Source of the DNA: Meyerozyma guilliermondii
Taxonomy: Eukaryota
Direction of reading: 5' to 3'
DNA: 64,000 bases
NCBI GenBank assembly: GCA_051546255.1
Contig: CP128822.1
Location: 186,001-250,000, forward strand
The notes beneath the pieces are model-generated. The model was not told where the DNA came from. It made no database searches and saw only the letters and a list, made by a program, of their open reading frames with translations. Shown here in pieces: positions 31,991-42,686 of this stretch; positions within the stretch are counted from its first letter, which is position 1, and each line of letters starts with the position of its first letter. Made by a program: the position numbers and the translations under genes.

Positions 31991-33742
31991 TTATGCTATT
32001 GGGTCCAGACCTGGAAATGGGGAAATGGAATTAGGATATTTCGTGGTCTCCAATAGCCACTTGATATGTGGTATGAATAGTTCTTTGCATAGAGCGGATA
32101 TCTGTGCTGTAGGCTGGGCATAGCGAAGATATGGACCCATGTAATCTTTGTTCTTGTGAGCTTCTTTTGGTCCAACAACGACAGATCCATCTTCGTTGAA
32201 AAGATTAGGACACAACCCCAGAGTGAAAGAGTATAAAACCCGAAGATCAAAATCGTACCCCACATTATCGTAAATCGATTCATACATCCTGACATGTTCA
32301 TCGGAGTCGTACAATTCATGGTTATCACTCAACCACGACCAATAGTATTTCGGATACGACAAATGCATAAACATAAAGTCGATATCTTTATCGGCGTCAG
32401 TAGCAGACTGTACCGGGTCGTAGTGGCCCAATGCTTTCGAATCAAATCCACCCTTGGACTTACGGAAATACCCGACCCATTTAAATTGTTTGAGTGTCTG
32501 GAACCACGGTTCATTCATTACATGCGCAGCAGCAATAAACGTCTCCTTGTCGCCTTCACCGGCGGATCCCTGGGTGAAAAGTGGATAGTAGTAGTCGGGA
32601 CCGAAAACATTGTAGTACAAGCAAAGTAGAAGCGTCTTGAGATGGCTGGTTTTGTTGATAACAAAAGCTCCAGCTTCCGAAGTGGGGTTTGGAATTGTTC
32701 CCTCAAAATCGTGGAAATTGGAGTTGGTAAAGTCGTACGCAGAGGGTGGACGAACCGAAGACTCGCCGGCTTTCTCTGCTTCTTTTTTGTCGTATGCTGA
32801 ATACCGAATTTTGTTAGGTTTCACGTCAATACCGGCAATTTCGTAGAATTTGGGGTTGGTGGTACGAGCCCAAGCATCAGGCCAAAGAATCATCTGATGT
32901 TTCTTGTACAAATCTGACTCGAAAATGCCGTCCGGATTGCGGGCAGGTAAGTTGTCGGAGTCGAGGTACATGACATTTTCGAACCGAGAACTAAGAACAG
33001 CCAACATCTTAAACTGAAACCCGCCCAAGTTGAACCGGTCTCCCAATTCTTTGATAAAATCAGGATTAAATCTGTTGCATCGAGCGTTAAGACGAGGTAA
33101 AACTTTCTCGCAAAACTCAGGCTCGTATTCTGCATCGCTGGCAATGAAAAGCTCCACGGGAAGCTTGGAGCCGGTTGAACGTAATTGTCTGATATTGAGG
33201 TACGAAAGCCAACTGAACTGATGGCCTCCCACCATCACGTAACCTGCAGACCCTTGGTAAGTACCCCATTCGGGATCTGTTTTTAAAATATTACCAAACG
33301 TCGAAAGGCCATAATTTTCCGTCAATTTGTTGATTTGTTCGTCCACATACCTCGAATGCGACGTCTTGAGTTGCTGGTATGTTTCGTCGGGTATATCTAA
33401 CACGTTTTCAAGTACTTCCTTCGACAAAAGAATATCATCTGCAGTAGAAAACACCTCTGGTGCCTTTTTATCCTTGTATTGGCCCTTGATTGAGGGTGCA
33501 GTAATCTTGTACTCTTCCAAACCATCGAAAAATACGCGATAATCTCTGATGGAACGTTGTATCGACTCCTTGATTCCATCTTTGTCACCAGACACGGGTG
33601 CTTTTTGTTCACTATAGGAATTATTTTGTGACACAAGTGACTTCTGGGGCCTTATATAGGCTATGTGGGTGAATATGACCACTAGAAACACCACCGCCAC
33701 GAGTTTTGCTCGATGGCGAACGAGAACACGTCGCCAGAGCAT
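31991..33742 (-). CDS. Golgi alpha-1,2-mannosyltransferase, Mnn2 family (GT71)
   Basis: Type II TM anchor; GYVMVGG, LPVELF, FENVMYLDSDN, LWPDAW, YYNVFGP and GEGDKETF. Confidence 0.92.
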   Translation of the reverse strand: MLWRRVLVRHRAKLVAVVFLVVIFTHIAYIRPQKSLVSQNNSYSEQKAPVSGDKDGIKESIQRSIRDYRVFFDGLEEYKITAPSIKGQYKDKKAPEVFSTADDILLSKEVLENVLDIPDETYQQLKTSHSRYVDEQINKLTENYGLSTFGNILKTDPEWGTYQGSAGYVMVGGHQFSWLSYLNIRQLRSTGSKLPVELFIASDAEYEPEFCEKVLPRLNARCNRFNPDFIKELGDRFNLGGFQFKMLAVLSSRFENVMYLDSDNLPARNPDGIFESDLYKKHQMILWPDAWARTTNPKFYEIAGIDVKPNKIRYSAYDKKEAEKAGESSVRPPSAYDFTNSNFHDFEGTIPNPTSEAGAFVINKTSHLKTLLLCLYYNVFGPDYYYPLFTQGSAGEGDKETFIAAAHVMNEPWFQTLKQFKWVGYFRKSKGGFDSKALGHYDPVQSATDADKDIDFMFMHLSYPKYYWSWLSDNHELYDSDEHVRMYESIYDNVGYDFDLRVLYSFTLGLCPNLFNEDGSVVVGPKEAHKNKDYMGPYLRYAQPTAQISALCKELFIPHIKWLLETTKYPNSISPFPGLDPIA

Positions 33743-34098
33743 GGTAAACTAGTTGTTAACAAGAGTCGCGAAAGGATGTAGCGGGTGGTCACGTGACTTG
33801 GTCTGAACCATCCGTATCTTTCACCAAACGAAAAGGTGAAAAATAAGAGGTATCGGTATTCTTCTTTGATAGTTGGGCTCAATTGGCTTCATAATTGTTA
33901 CTTTTAGCCTCGTTTAGGGTGGAAGTCACTTACTTGTCTCGGGGATAGGTGGCTTATATGCACGCTTGCTGCATGCGATTTGTGATCGCGAAACTTTGTT
34001 AATACTGTTGCAGCATTTAAATCTGAATACATCTCCATTTATTCACACCAATTGTTCACATTTTGGTATTTGGAGAAAACACACTGACTTCTACGTTG

Positions 34099-35967
34099 AT
34101 GCACTCACTTAAAAGACGGATGCTGACAGTTAGACTTAGCGAGGTTCCCAAATCCTCGTCGTTCACCAAATTCATTAAACCCGATGCTCGCATAGAAACC
34201 ACCGATGTAGCGTTGGAAAACAAAGACAACATCATTCACCGGCCACGGATTCTTCAATTTGGAGGCTTCTCGTGGTCCTTACCTGAGGAGCGTAAGGAAA
34301 GCAGGCTTTTGACGTGGAGTCCTCGTGCAATTGAGGACCTTGGATTGGACCCTAAAGACCCGGAAACAAAAGAGTTTCAAGAGATTGTTTCGGGAGAATT
34401 GTATTTGAAGGACAAGGAGTTTTTACAAAAGGGATATCCGTTCCCTTATTCCCAGGCGTATGCTGGGTGGCAATTTGGCCAATTTGCTGGGCAGCTTGGC
34501 GATGGCAGGGTGCACAATTTATTCGAGATAAATAAGCCTAAAGGTGATGGCGAAAACCGCGAAGTGTATGAAATCCAGCTCAAGGGTAGCGGAATGACGC
34601 CGTTCTCTCGTTTTGCTGACGGAAAAGCTGTGCTTCGTTCGTCTATACGAGAGTATATCATTTCTGAGCATCTCCATACCATTGGAGTTCCCACCACCAG
34701 GGCACTTTCGCTCACCTATCTCCCCCAGACTTTGGCCCAGAGGCACAGGGTAGAGAAATGTGCCATAGTGTCGAGATTTGCCGAGCTGTGGATTCGTTTG
34801 GGTACCTTTGATTTGTACAGATGGCGTGGAGACCGTGGGGGAATTAGAGACCTCTCCGACTATGTTATCAACCAACTCTTTACTGTCAACGGAAAGAAGT
34901 TTCACAATCTAGAGAGAACCCTTCAGAATGGTCCTGACTTTTTCTCGCAAGCTTCAGAGTCGTTGGGCAATTTGACAGATTACGACAAGATGTACTTGGA
35001 GACGGTTGTGCGCAATGCCTCGACTTCTGGTAAGTGGCAAGTGTATGGATTCTTGAATGGAGTTCTCAACACTGATAACACATCGATTCTCGGACTCTCG
35101 ATGGATTTTGGACCGTTTTCAATCATGGATCGTTATAATCCTGATTACACACCCAATTCAGAAGACCATGATGAGCGCTACAGCTACAAACACACACCGA
35201 CTGCCATCTGGTGGAATTTGACAAGACTCGGGGAAAATTTAGCGGAACTTATTGGCGCTGGCGAAGAACTTATTAACGATAGTCATTTCAAAAACGAAGG
35301 AATAAAGCCCGAATGGGAAGACCAGATTATCAAACGAGCAACAAAACTCATTGAGGTGGCTGCGGATATCTATCAATATGCCCATACTGTCAGTTATATG
35401 AACGGTTTTTACAATCGTCTTGGATTGAACACGAAATTGATCAACATTCTGCTGCCCGAAGAACAACGTCAGAAACTTATAGTGCCCATGCTCGATATGT
35501 TGAAGGAACTCGGGTGCGATTTCAACCGGTTTTTTGTGATTTTGCAGGAGCTGGGAGTGGTTACAAAAGAGCCCAAGCAGGTTGCTGAGTTCATTCTACC
35601 ATATTGCAACTACAACGATGTCAAGTATAGTAAGGACGAGGTTACGGAAATGATATCCAATTGGGTTCAGGTGTACCACGAGGAACTTGAGAAGTCTGAG
35701 AAACTTCAACAAGGATACTACGAAACCAATGTCAAATCTTACAATCCAGTGTTTCTTCCACGAAATTGGATTTTGGACCAAGTCATAGAAAAGACAGAAG
35801 AGAGTGAAGGAAAGGATTTGAGTTATCTTATGAAATTGCAAAAAATGAGTTTGAATCCATTCGATGAGAGCAAATGGGGAGATGAACTTAAAGAGGTGGA
35901 GAAGACTTGGAAGGTTCAAGACCAGGGCGATGAGTATGCCATGTTGCAGTGCAGCTGTAGCAGTTAA
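34099..35967 (+). CDS. FMP40: SelO-family mitochondrial protein adenylyltransferase (AMPylase)
   Basis: YAGWQFGQFAGQLGDGR, QLKGSGMTPFSRFADGKAVLRSSIRE and GVLNTDN; C-terminal CSCSS. Confidence 0.95.
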   Translation: MHSLKRRMLTVRLSEVPKSSSFTKFIKPDARIETTDVALENKDNIIHRPRILQFGGFSWSLPEERKESRLLTWSPRAIEDLGLDPKDPETKEFQEIVSGELYLKDKEFLQKGYPFPYSQAYAGWQFGQFAGQLGDGRVHNLFEINKPKGDGENREVYEIQLKGSGMTPFSRFADGKAVLRSSIREYIISEHLHTIGVPTTRALSLTYLPQTLAQRHRVEKCAIVSRFAELWIRLGTFDLYRWRGDRGGIRDLSDYVINQLFTVNGKKFHNLERTLQNGPDFFSQASESLGNLTDYDKMYLETVVRNASTSGKWQVYGFLNGVLNTDNTSILGLSMDFGPFSIMDRYNPDYTPNSEDHDERYSYKHTPTAIWWNLTRLGENLAELIGAGEELINDSHFKNEGIKPEWEDQIIKRATKLIEVAADIYQYAHTVSYMNGFYNRLGLNTKLINILLPEEQRQKLIVPMLDMLKELGCDFNRFFVILQELGVVTKEPKQVAEFILPYCNYNDVKYSKDEVTEMISNWVQVYHEELEKSEKLQQGYYETNVKSYNPVFLPRNWILDQVIEKTEESEGKDLSYLMKLQKMSLNPFDESKWGDELKEVEKTWKVQDQGDEYAMLQCSCSS

Positions 35968-36062
35968 AAAAGAATAAGAAAGTGAAGGTATGATAAAGAA
36001 GGGAACTACAAGATGGAATGATTTGAGACATAGCAGTTTTATTACAACATAAGACATTGAAT

Positions 36063-37424
36063 TTACTGGTTGAAAGCCTTTTGAGCATCCTTGTAGCCTT
36101 GGTGGAAAGCGTCCTTGGCTTGTTCTTGGACATGGGGCTCCAACTTTGAAATCTTGGAATCAAGTTTCAGGTTACCAGTAGTAAAGCTGGAGTCGGTTCC
36201 AGTGTGTCCTGAGCCAGTGTGAGTTGAACCAGTGTGTCCTGAGCCAGTGTGGCTAGATCCGTAACCAGCAGCAGCACCAGTTCCAGCACCAAGACCAGCG
36301 CCAGTGCCAGCTCCAGTGTGAGATCCAGAATGGGTTCCAGAATGGGTTCCAGAATGGGTTCCAGAATGGGTTCCAGAATGGGTTCCAGTGTGACCAGAGC
36401 CAGTGTGGCCGGTGCCAGAAGTTCCATAGTCAGATTGACCAGTTCCAGAGGTACCGTAACCAGATTGTCCAGTAGTTCCTGATTGTCCATATCCAGATTG
36501 TCCAGTCGTTCCAGATTGTCCATATCCAGATTGACCAGCTCCAGAAGTTCCATGAGTTCCATGGCTCGAGTCGTGGTGAGAAGCACCATAGCCAGCAGCA
36601 CCACCAGCACCTACACCAGCAGCAGCGGCAGCAGCTTCTTTACCGTGATGGCCAGAAGTGTGTCCAGATTGTCCTGAACCGTAGGTATTGGTTCCACGAC
36701 CAGAACCATAAGCGTCAGATCCATGTCCAGATGAACCATATGTGTCGCTTCCACCACGAGTGGTTCCGTAAGGGTCAGAGCCGGTGGTGTGGTTCCCAGA
36801 GGCAGAGCCAGAGGAACCGTAAGCTCCAGTAGTTCCGGTGGTACCGTGAGTTCCAGTAGCTCCATGGGTTCCAGTAGTACCGTGAGTTCCAGTAGTTCCA
36901 TGGGTTCCATGAGTTCCACTTCCTGAACCATATCCTCCAGTACCAGTAGTTCCATAGTCACCTTCCGTCTTTCCGTAATTACCTTCGGTCTTTCCAAATT
37001 GTTCACTATTCTTGGAATGACCAGAGTGGCTAGCACCGTAAGCTCCAGCTCCAGCAGCTCCTACGCCAGCAGCACCGGCTCCAGCACCGGTTCCAGCACC
37101 GGTTCCGGAACCATGAGTACCAGAAGTTCCGTGAGTTCCAGTTCCAGTTCCAGTTCCAGTGGAACCATCCTTGGCGCCCAAGTAATGAGTTCCAACACCC
37201 TTTTCTGTTCCAGAAAGGTTTTCTCTGCCAAGTGCCTTTCCTCCTTGTTTATCAAGGTCATCGGCGTACTTTCCAGCATTGGCCTTGTTCACGTTTCCCT
37301 CCTTATACTGCTTCTGCAATTCTCCGGAAACATTGTCCTTGCCAATTGCCTTTCCACCTTGCTTGTCGAGCTCACTAGCTTCGTTCTTTCCAAATTTACT
37401 TGATATTTTATCTGTTAATCCCAT
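36063..37424 (-). CDS. Gly/Thr/Ser/His-rich hydrophilin (dehydrin-like) low-complexity protein
   Basis: 453-aa ORF with a duplicated LDKQGGKA(I/L)G(K/R)xN motif and tandem GTHGTT, GQSGYGQSGTT and GTHS repeats; no TM or signal peptide; STRE-like CCCCT/AGGGG about 100-140 bp upstream. Confidence 0.75.
   Translation of the reverse strand: MGLTDKISSKFGKNEASELDKQGGKAIGKDNVSGELQKQYKEGNVNKANAGKYADDLDKQGGKALGRENLSGTEKGVGTHYLGAKDGSTGTGTGTGTHGTSGTHGSGTGAGTGAGAGAAGVGAAGAGAYGASHSGHSKNSEQFGKTEGNYGKTEGDYGTTGTGGYGSGSGTHGTHGTTGTHGTTGTHGATGTHGTTGTTGAYGSSGSASGNHTTGSDPYGTTRGGSDTYGSSGHGSDAYGSGRGTNTYGSGQSGHTSGHHGKEAAAAAAGVGAGGAAGYGASHHDSSHGTHGTSGAGQSGYGQSGTTGQSGYGQSGTTGQSGYGTSGTGQSDYGTSGTGHTGSGHTGTHSGTHSGTHSGTHSGTHSGSHTGAGTGAGLGAGTGAAAGYGSSHTGSGHTGSTHTGSGHTGTDSSFTTGNLKLDSKISKLEPHVQEQAKDAFHQGYKDAQKAFNQ
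36325..36384. repeat. Perfect 12-bp tandem repeat x5 (CCAGAATGGGTT; encodes GTHS on the minus strand)
   Basis: Copies start at 36325, 36337, 36349, 36361 and 36373. Confidence 0.92.
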
Positions 37425-37864
37425 CTTGTGATTTTCTTGGTAGACCCCATACTTAACCTACCTTTATAGTTGCAGCCATTTTGCGGTTGCTACCAAAGAT
37501 TGCTGCCGTACTGAAATTATTCTGCTTCCCCTCGCTCGTAACACCCTCAGCCATTCATTCTGAGGGGTGTGGCTGTTCGATCTAGGACGATGTGCAGGGT
37601 CCTAGATTGCTATGGAATTCAGGTGCAACAGAGCCACAACACGTTTTCAACCATGGTCCAAAGAGCCAGATTTCTGGCTCTTTCCCTCTCACAGAGGAGT
37701 GAGCTACTTGATGCATATATCTCGTTCGACATAGGAATATATATAACTGTTGTTTACTAGCCGCCGTAGCTGGAGTAGCAAGGACCCCAGGTCTGTTCCT
37801 GCAGAATGGCAAGCAGTAGTAGAGAATGTGTCGTCATTGCGCATTGCGCCGGCACGGACTTGTT

Positions 37865-40207
37865 CTATGCACTCTTCTCCACAGTCACAGGAAGAAGAAA
37901 CCGCACCGAATCGTTATTCGACAACTTCAAAACCACCTTCAAATAGTAAAGTCGTCCAATGGTGCAGCTCTGGAAACTCGTGACCAAACAGTAATTGCTG
38001 TGGGCTTTTTCGGCCGTGGGCATTTCTCCTTTAAGGTAAACCGTCTCGAGATCGATTGCAACGTTCACCTGCAGCAGAAACGTATTTGGATCTTTTTGCA
38101 CCCATGGGAGTCGGGATAAGCTTGTGGCGTTTTCGCTGCGGTCACGAACGGTGACGCTTTGAACTGGCATGTTCATGTGCTTGGTTTCAAAGCTGCTGAT
38201 GCTCTTTACATCTTCGACCAATTGTGCTTCGAGTTTGAAATTGTCGGAACCAAGTTCATTGTAGAGGTCATATAACTGGTTCATCATTATCTGAAATGGC
38301 TTTTTGTACGTTTCATTGATGTTATCTCCTCCAAACACTTTGTGGCTCTCTTCTTTCAGCGAATGGTGCGTAGCAACTCGATCTTTGAAAATAATATCGT
38401 GGTTGAGTTCGTATGGAAGAGCATACTTCAATGATTTCCACGTGAGTGCAACTAGTTCCACATCCACCCTTTTGAGATCGGGAAGTTTGATATTTCTATG
38501 GTCGGCAGTAGCAGGAAAAGTGAATGAAAAATCAATGGGCACCAGAAGTTTCCAACTTTTGTTGTCAATCTTTTGACTAACATCAGGACGAAACCGTAAC
38601 GGAGAGATGTACCGCACCACCCGATTAACCTTGGGCGTCGATACCATCATACTTCCCAATGGTTTGGACGAGCCAGTCAAACTCCTCTTTTTGAATGCAA
38701 ATGCCACACCATACTTCTCCACGGGAACATTGGTCATCTTCTTATCACGACTTGTACAAGCACGATACAATTGCCGAGACTTGATGAGATCTCCCATGTG
38801 GTCGTTACTTGCATGTAACGTTCGTTCCTGGTCGGAAATATCTATGGCAAAATCATAATTGCCATTCTTCATGGCTTCGAGAATGGAATTGCCCATATCG
38901 ATTTTCTGTTGAAGTCGGTTGACCAAATTGTCATGAAGCATTTTGGACTCGGTCACCTTCATCAAGTGCTCATCAAGCGAATTGCCCATTGGTTCGGGAA
39001 CCATCCGCATAAACTCGTTTTGTTCTTTGAGAATCACAAACTCATCACCGGTAGAGTTGATCAAACGAGTACCTTCCAGTTCGTCATTTTCATCAAGATT
39101 ATACATGGACGATCTTCCGATGATTCTCGTCATTACACCGTAGCTGATGGAGGTATCTACAAACGAGAGATCTCTCACTCTCATAGTCTGCATTTGTTTG
39201 GACGAATACTTGGCTTGCTCTTGACGACTGGACCCCAAACTAGGAGGAATATGAGTGTGACCCAGTAAATTGTGACTACATTCCGAGTCGAGGAGCTGAG
39301 CTGGAATCTTGAAGGTGAAAAATCGCTTATAGACGTTACCGGGATGGATAGTTCTGTCTTTCACTGCTAGTTTGGCGTTGTCGATTGGATCCACGATATT
39401 TGGACATGTGTATGGGTGACTACTCTCGGTAATTAGTCTGTCGATGTTGCCGTGGTTCCACGATGCAGTGAAATCGAACATCTGGAGAAATTGCTTGACT
39501 TTAACAGGAACTCGGTCTTTCTTATTCTTGGCATTGGCTACAAGAAACGAACCTTCAAACACCACATACATCATATCAAAGCGTATTTTCTCGTCCGAGG
39601 TGTTCTCGATCAAGATGTGACCGTTGACAGTGTCACCTTGTTTATATTCGTACACCAGAGGATCAATATAGGTGGGTTTCTTTCCCAATTTTCCCACTTC
39701 TTTGGTAAAGTGAACCGACACATTAAGGGACTTGGCGTACTTGTTGTTCGAAAAGGTCAAGTTTTTCAACTGGTGGATGTTATCCAACAACGTGTTTTGC
39801 CAATCGTTGGTGTTTTCATCGGCCACAATCACTCTGGGATCATTGGACGACGGAGCCGTGGTGTCCGAATTATGGAGAGAAAGTGACGATGCGGTGATAC
39901 TGGAGGTTGTCACGGAAGTGTGGGACACGGAAGTGTGGGACACGTCTTCGTAGGTGGGGGGCTCGTGAATGTTTTCGGTGGGGGCATTCATTCCCATATA
40001 TAACGATTTGTACATGTGGTAGGAAGGAAGGATCGACCATACTGGCGCCTGGTTGGCCTGTTCGCTTCGAAGTATGTCATCCTCATTGAATTCGCCTCCA
40101 TCTCCATCTTGGTGGGATGGAATTTCCGGCGTCATTCCTGAGGTGGGTGGCGAAAATTGGGGTTTAAATAAAAAAGATCGTAAAGAAAATCGATTTCTAA
40201 TCGCCAT
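37865..40207 (-). CDS. BUL1: Bul1/Bul2-family Rsp5 ubiquitin-ligase adaptor (alpha-arrestin-like)
   Basis: ILPSYHMY, PPTY PY motif, YEYKQGDTVNG, FLQMFDFTASW, FFTFKIP...LLD and C-terminal FQSCTIGRLYY. Confidence 0.85.
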   Translation of the reverse strand: MAIRNRFSLRSFLFKPQFSPPTSGMTPEIPSHQDGDGGEFNEDDILRSEQANQAPVWSILPSYHMYKSLYMGMNAPTENIHEPPTYEDVSHTSVSHTSVTTSSITASSLSLHNSDTTAPSSNDPRVIVADENTNDWQNTLLDNIHQLKNLTFSNNKYAKSLNVSVHFTKEVGKLGKKPTYIDPLVYEYKQGDTVNGHILIENTSDEKIRFDMMYVVFEGSFLVANAKNKKDRVPVKVKQFLQMFDFTASWNHGNIDRLITESSHPYTCPNIVDPIDNAKLAVKDRTIHPGNVYKRFFTFKIPAQLLDSECSHNLLGHTHIPPSLGSSRQEQAKYSSKQMQTMRVRDLSFVDTSISYGVMTRIIGRSSMYNLDENDELEGTRLINSTGDEFVILKEQNEFMRMVPEPMGNSLDEHLMKVTESKMLHDNLVNRLQQKIDMGNSILEAMKNGNYDFAIDISDQERTLHASNDHMGDLIKSRQLYRACTSRDKKMTNVPVEKYGVAFAFKKRSLTGSSKPLGSMMVSTPKVNRVVRYISPLRFRPDVSQKIDNKSWKLLVPIDFSFTFPATADHRNIKLPDLKRVDVELVALTWKSLKYALPYELNHDIIFKDRVATHHSLKEESHKVFGGDNINETYKKPFQIMMNQLYDLYNELGSDNFKLEAQLVEDVKSISSFETKHMNMPVQSVTVRDRSENATSLSRLPWVQKDPNTFLLQVNVAIDLETVYLKGEMPTAEKAHSNYCLVTSFQSCTIGRLYYLKVVLKLSNNDSVRFLLPVTVEKSA

Positions 40208-40793
40208 GACTCAGATATGCGTTATGCAGGTGGCGATTTACGAATCCTGCAGCATGGAGAAGAAATGCATACGGGAACGAGGAATTGGCGAGATGCAAAG
40301 GATACTGGGAATGATAGACTTGCTGACTGATCAATTGTATTTTCAGTAGTTGTTCTAGCTGAAATCTGCGTTTCAAAAGTGTCTTTTTTCGTCTCTATTT
40401 TTTGCGCCCAATGTATTTTTTAGATTTTGCGCCCAAACCTTCCACGCCGTACCATGCGACCCAGCCGTTTCGTGCACGCACGAGCTTGGCGCGAAGCCGG
40501 TTTCGGTCCGAAGGTAAAATCGGGGAAGTTAAAAAATAGGAATTTAATCTAAGAATATGTAACTTATACAGTGGAATTTAGTTTGAAGTGAAATTACTGG
40601 ATTATTATACATAGTCCCATGTCGAACAACTACTTTAGCGACTATTAGTGGATTAGTTAGTATATTAGTAGGCATCGCTGACCGGCAATTGGCGGCAATT
40701 GGCGGAGCATCTCTCGTCTATCATAAAGTGCTTGTTCTTTGATCTTCTTTTCTCTTCTCTCTTCTTTTCTGTTCTTCTGTTCTTCTCTCCTTT

Positions 40794-42413
40794 CTATCTT
40801 CCAAAGAGCTTCAACTCCCAGTACCGTAATCCCGGGTAAACAACTCCGCTGAACCCCATACATAACCACATGGCAATATCTCCTCCAAACTCTCCGCCTA
40901 TTCGCCGAGCAACCGGACCCACCCAGTATGTCTGAGACATGCCCACGGCGGCTCCGGTTGCACCTATGACAAAAGCAGCGGTGGCAGCAAGCCCGCGAGT
41001 CAATTTGTAGTAGTCGTTCCAGATGGTGAAATTGTAGTGTTTGCGGCGAGTAACGGTACCACCTCTGACTCTTTCAGGCTCAGAATCTTCAAATTCCTTG
41101 GTGTATAAATGAACAAGCCATTTTGTTCTGAAAATGGTGTTTTCCTCAAGCAAAATTATGAAATACATCGATATCCAGTACCCCACCATAGGAAGAAAGT
41201 TCCCCAAAATGGTTGCAAATTTGTTTCTGCCCACAAGAGCACACACCAAGTATACGGCGGTGATGGCAAAGGCCCACGCCCAGCGAGGAACCTTGGCGAG
41301 CCACACGCCTGCCAATTGGATGCCAAAGGCAGCAGAGTAGGTATTGAGAATGTTGTTAGAAATCAACGATAAGAAGATAACCATTAGCAAAAACTTCCCT
41401 CCGGCTCCCCATGGAGTGAACGCTTCGTGGAGCAAGCCTCCCATCCCCAATTTGGCATAAGCTTCTCCCCATGGTTTGTAGGAGAGAGCAACGTTACCGA
41501 TGAGTAAACCAGCCACGCCAACAAATGTAGTAGGGATACAAATGCCAAAGAATGTTAGGGCAAAGATTTGAACGTCTGGAGTATCTTCAGGGAAAAGAAT
41601 GTAGTAATCGGACGCAATCAGGCCCCAAGTGGAGGTGATGGAGTAGCATAAGGAAAAAAACGATAACCAATTTCCCCTAATTGTAGCTGGATCGTGAGCA
41701 ATTTCAGGACTATTGTCGTTGGAAAGGTAACCAAACTTTTGCGAAGCTGCCACGTACAAGAGCAAAAAAGCCAAATTGACAGGAATACTCAATAAAGCTT
41801 CCACTCTGATCAATTGGCGAATACCAGCAATAGCCACGACGAGCGACACCACCGCGATAATAATGATCCCCACCACAAGCGGAACCTTGTCGTTGCTCAC
41901 ACTGGCCAAAATCTGGCCACCAACCACACAATTTACCACCGACCACCCCATGACTCCAATGATGCTCACCAAACTGACAAGTTTTACAAACCACCATCCG
42001 AACAAAAACCGAGCACCAACCATCTGCCGGCACCCCGAACGAGGCCCCATGAGCGAGCAGTACGCAGCGATGGCACAACCCAAAATATGGCCCACCAAAC
42101 CGGCTATAAGAGTATTTCTAAGTCCCAATCCGAAAAGAAGTGGTCCCAAAAAAAACGATGACATTGAACTCAAGCCCCCACTGGCAGATAACCACAACCC
42201 AATAACCGAGATAAGCTGTTTTGTTTTGTTTGTAGATCTTTCATAAGCCTCTATTCGTTCTATTCCTCTTGTTTCTACGCCAAGAGAGTCTAATTTTCGA
42301 CTAGCATTTTGGAACACTTTCCAGAACCCCTGGGTTATGTCCGAGTCTACCGAGCGAACCCTCTCGACGGTGGATGCGGAGGAGTCCTCAGATGCTGATT
42401 TTGACGTAGGCAT
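40794..42413 (-). CDS. TPN1: Purine-cytosine permease family, vitamin B6 transporter Tpn1-like
   Basis: GVETRGIERI, GLWLSA.GGLSSMSSF, MGPRSGCRQMV.ARFLFGWW, ASDYY and LGNFLPMVGYW. Confidence 0.85.
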   Translation of the reverse strand: MPTSKSASEDSSASTVERVRSVDSDITQGFWKVFQNASRKLDSLGVETRGIERIEAYERSTNKTKQLISVIGLWLSASGGLSSMSSFFLGPLLFGLGLRNTLIAGLVGHILGCAIAAYCSLMGPRSGCRQMVGARFLFGWWFVKLVSLVSIIGVMGWSVVNCVVGGQILASVSNDKVPLVVGIIIIAVVSLVVAIAGIRQLIRVEALLSIPVNLAFLLLYVAASQKFGYLSNDNSPEIAHDPATIRGNWLSFFSLCYSITSTWGLIASDYYILFPEDTPDVQIFALTFFGICIPTTFVGVAGLLIGNVALSYKPWGEAYAKLGMGGLLHEAFTPWGAGGKFLLMVIFLSLISNNILNTYSAAFGIQLAGVWLAKVPRWAWAFAITAVYLVCALVGRNKFATILGNFLPMVGYWISMYFIILLEENTIFRTKWLVHLYTKEFEDSEPERVRGGTVTRRKHYNFTIWNDYYKLTRGLAATAAFVIGATGAAVGMSQTYWVGPVARRIGGEFGGDIAMWLCMGFSGVVYPGLRYWELKLFGR

Positions 42414-42511
42414 AGTGACTCAAGAGATGAGAAATGATGACTCAAGAGATGAGAATTGAGTGAACGGCTCTATCTGCGGTGTGGGGATGTGAAGAAGAAA
42501 AAAAAGAAATT

Positions 42512-42597
42512 AGCCCGATGCGGGGGTCGAACCCGCAGCCTTTTGATCGCTTCTCTTGTATAAGAGTCAAACGCTCTACCGATTGAGCTAACCAGGC
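42512..42597 (-). tRNA. tRNA-Lys(CUU) with a 13-nt intron (42548-42560)
   Basis: GCCTGGTTAGCTCAATCGGTAGAGCGTTTGACT-CTT-A[TACAAGAGAAGCG]ATCAAAAGGCTGCGGGTTCGACCCCCGCATCGGGCT; 73 nt after splicing; A and B boxes present; downstream oligo-T terminator. Confidence 0.95.
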
Positions 42598-42686
42598 CAA
42601 TCGTTACTTATAACCCCTGCTGCGAAAACATGCTGTGCCAACCGCGCAAAGTTAAATCTATTCTCTATAATTTCAACAAATACACT

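Noticed and set aside
35950..35967. Possible selenoprotein (SelO family)
   Set aside because: Ends CSCSS-TAA with Cys and no in-frame TGA; the ordinary fungal Cys form.
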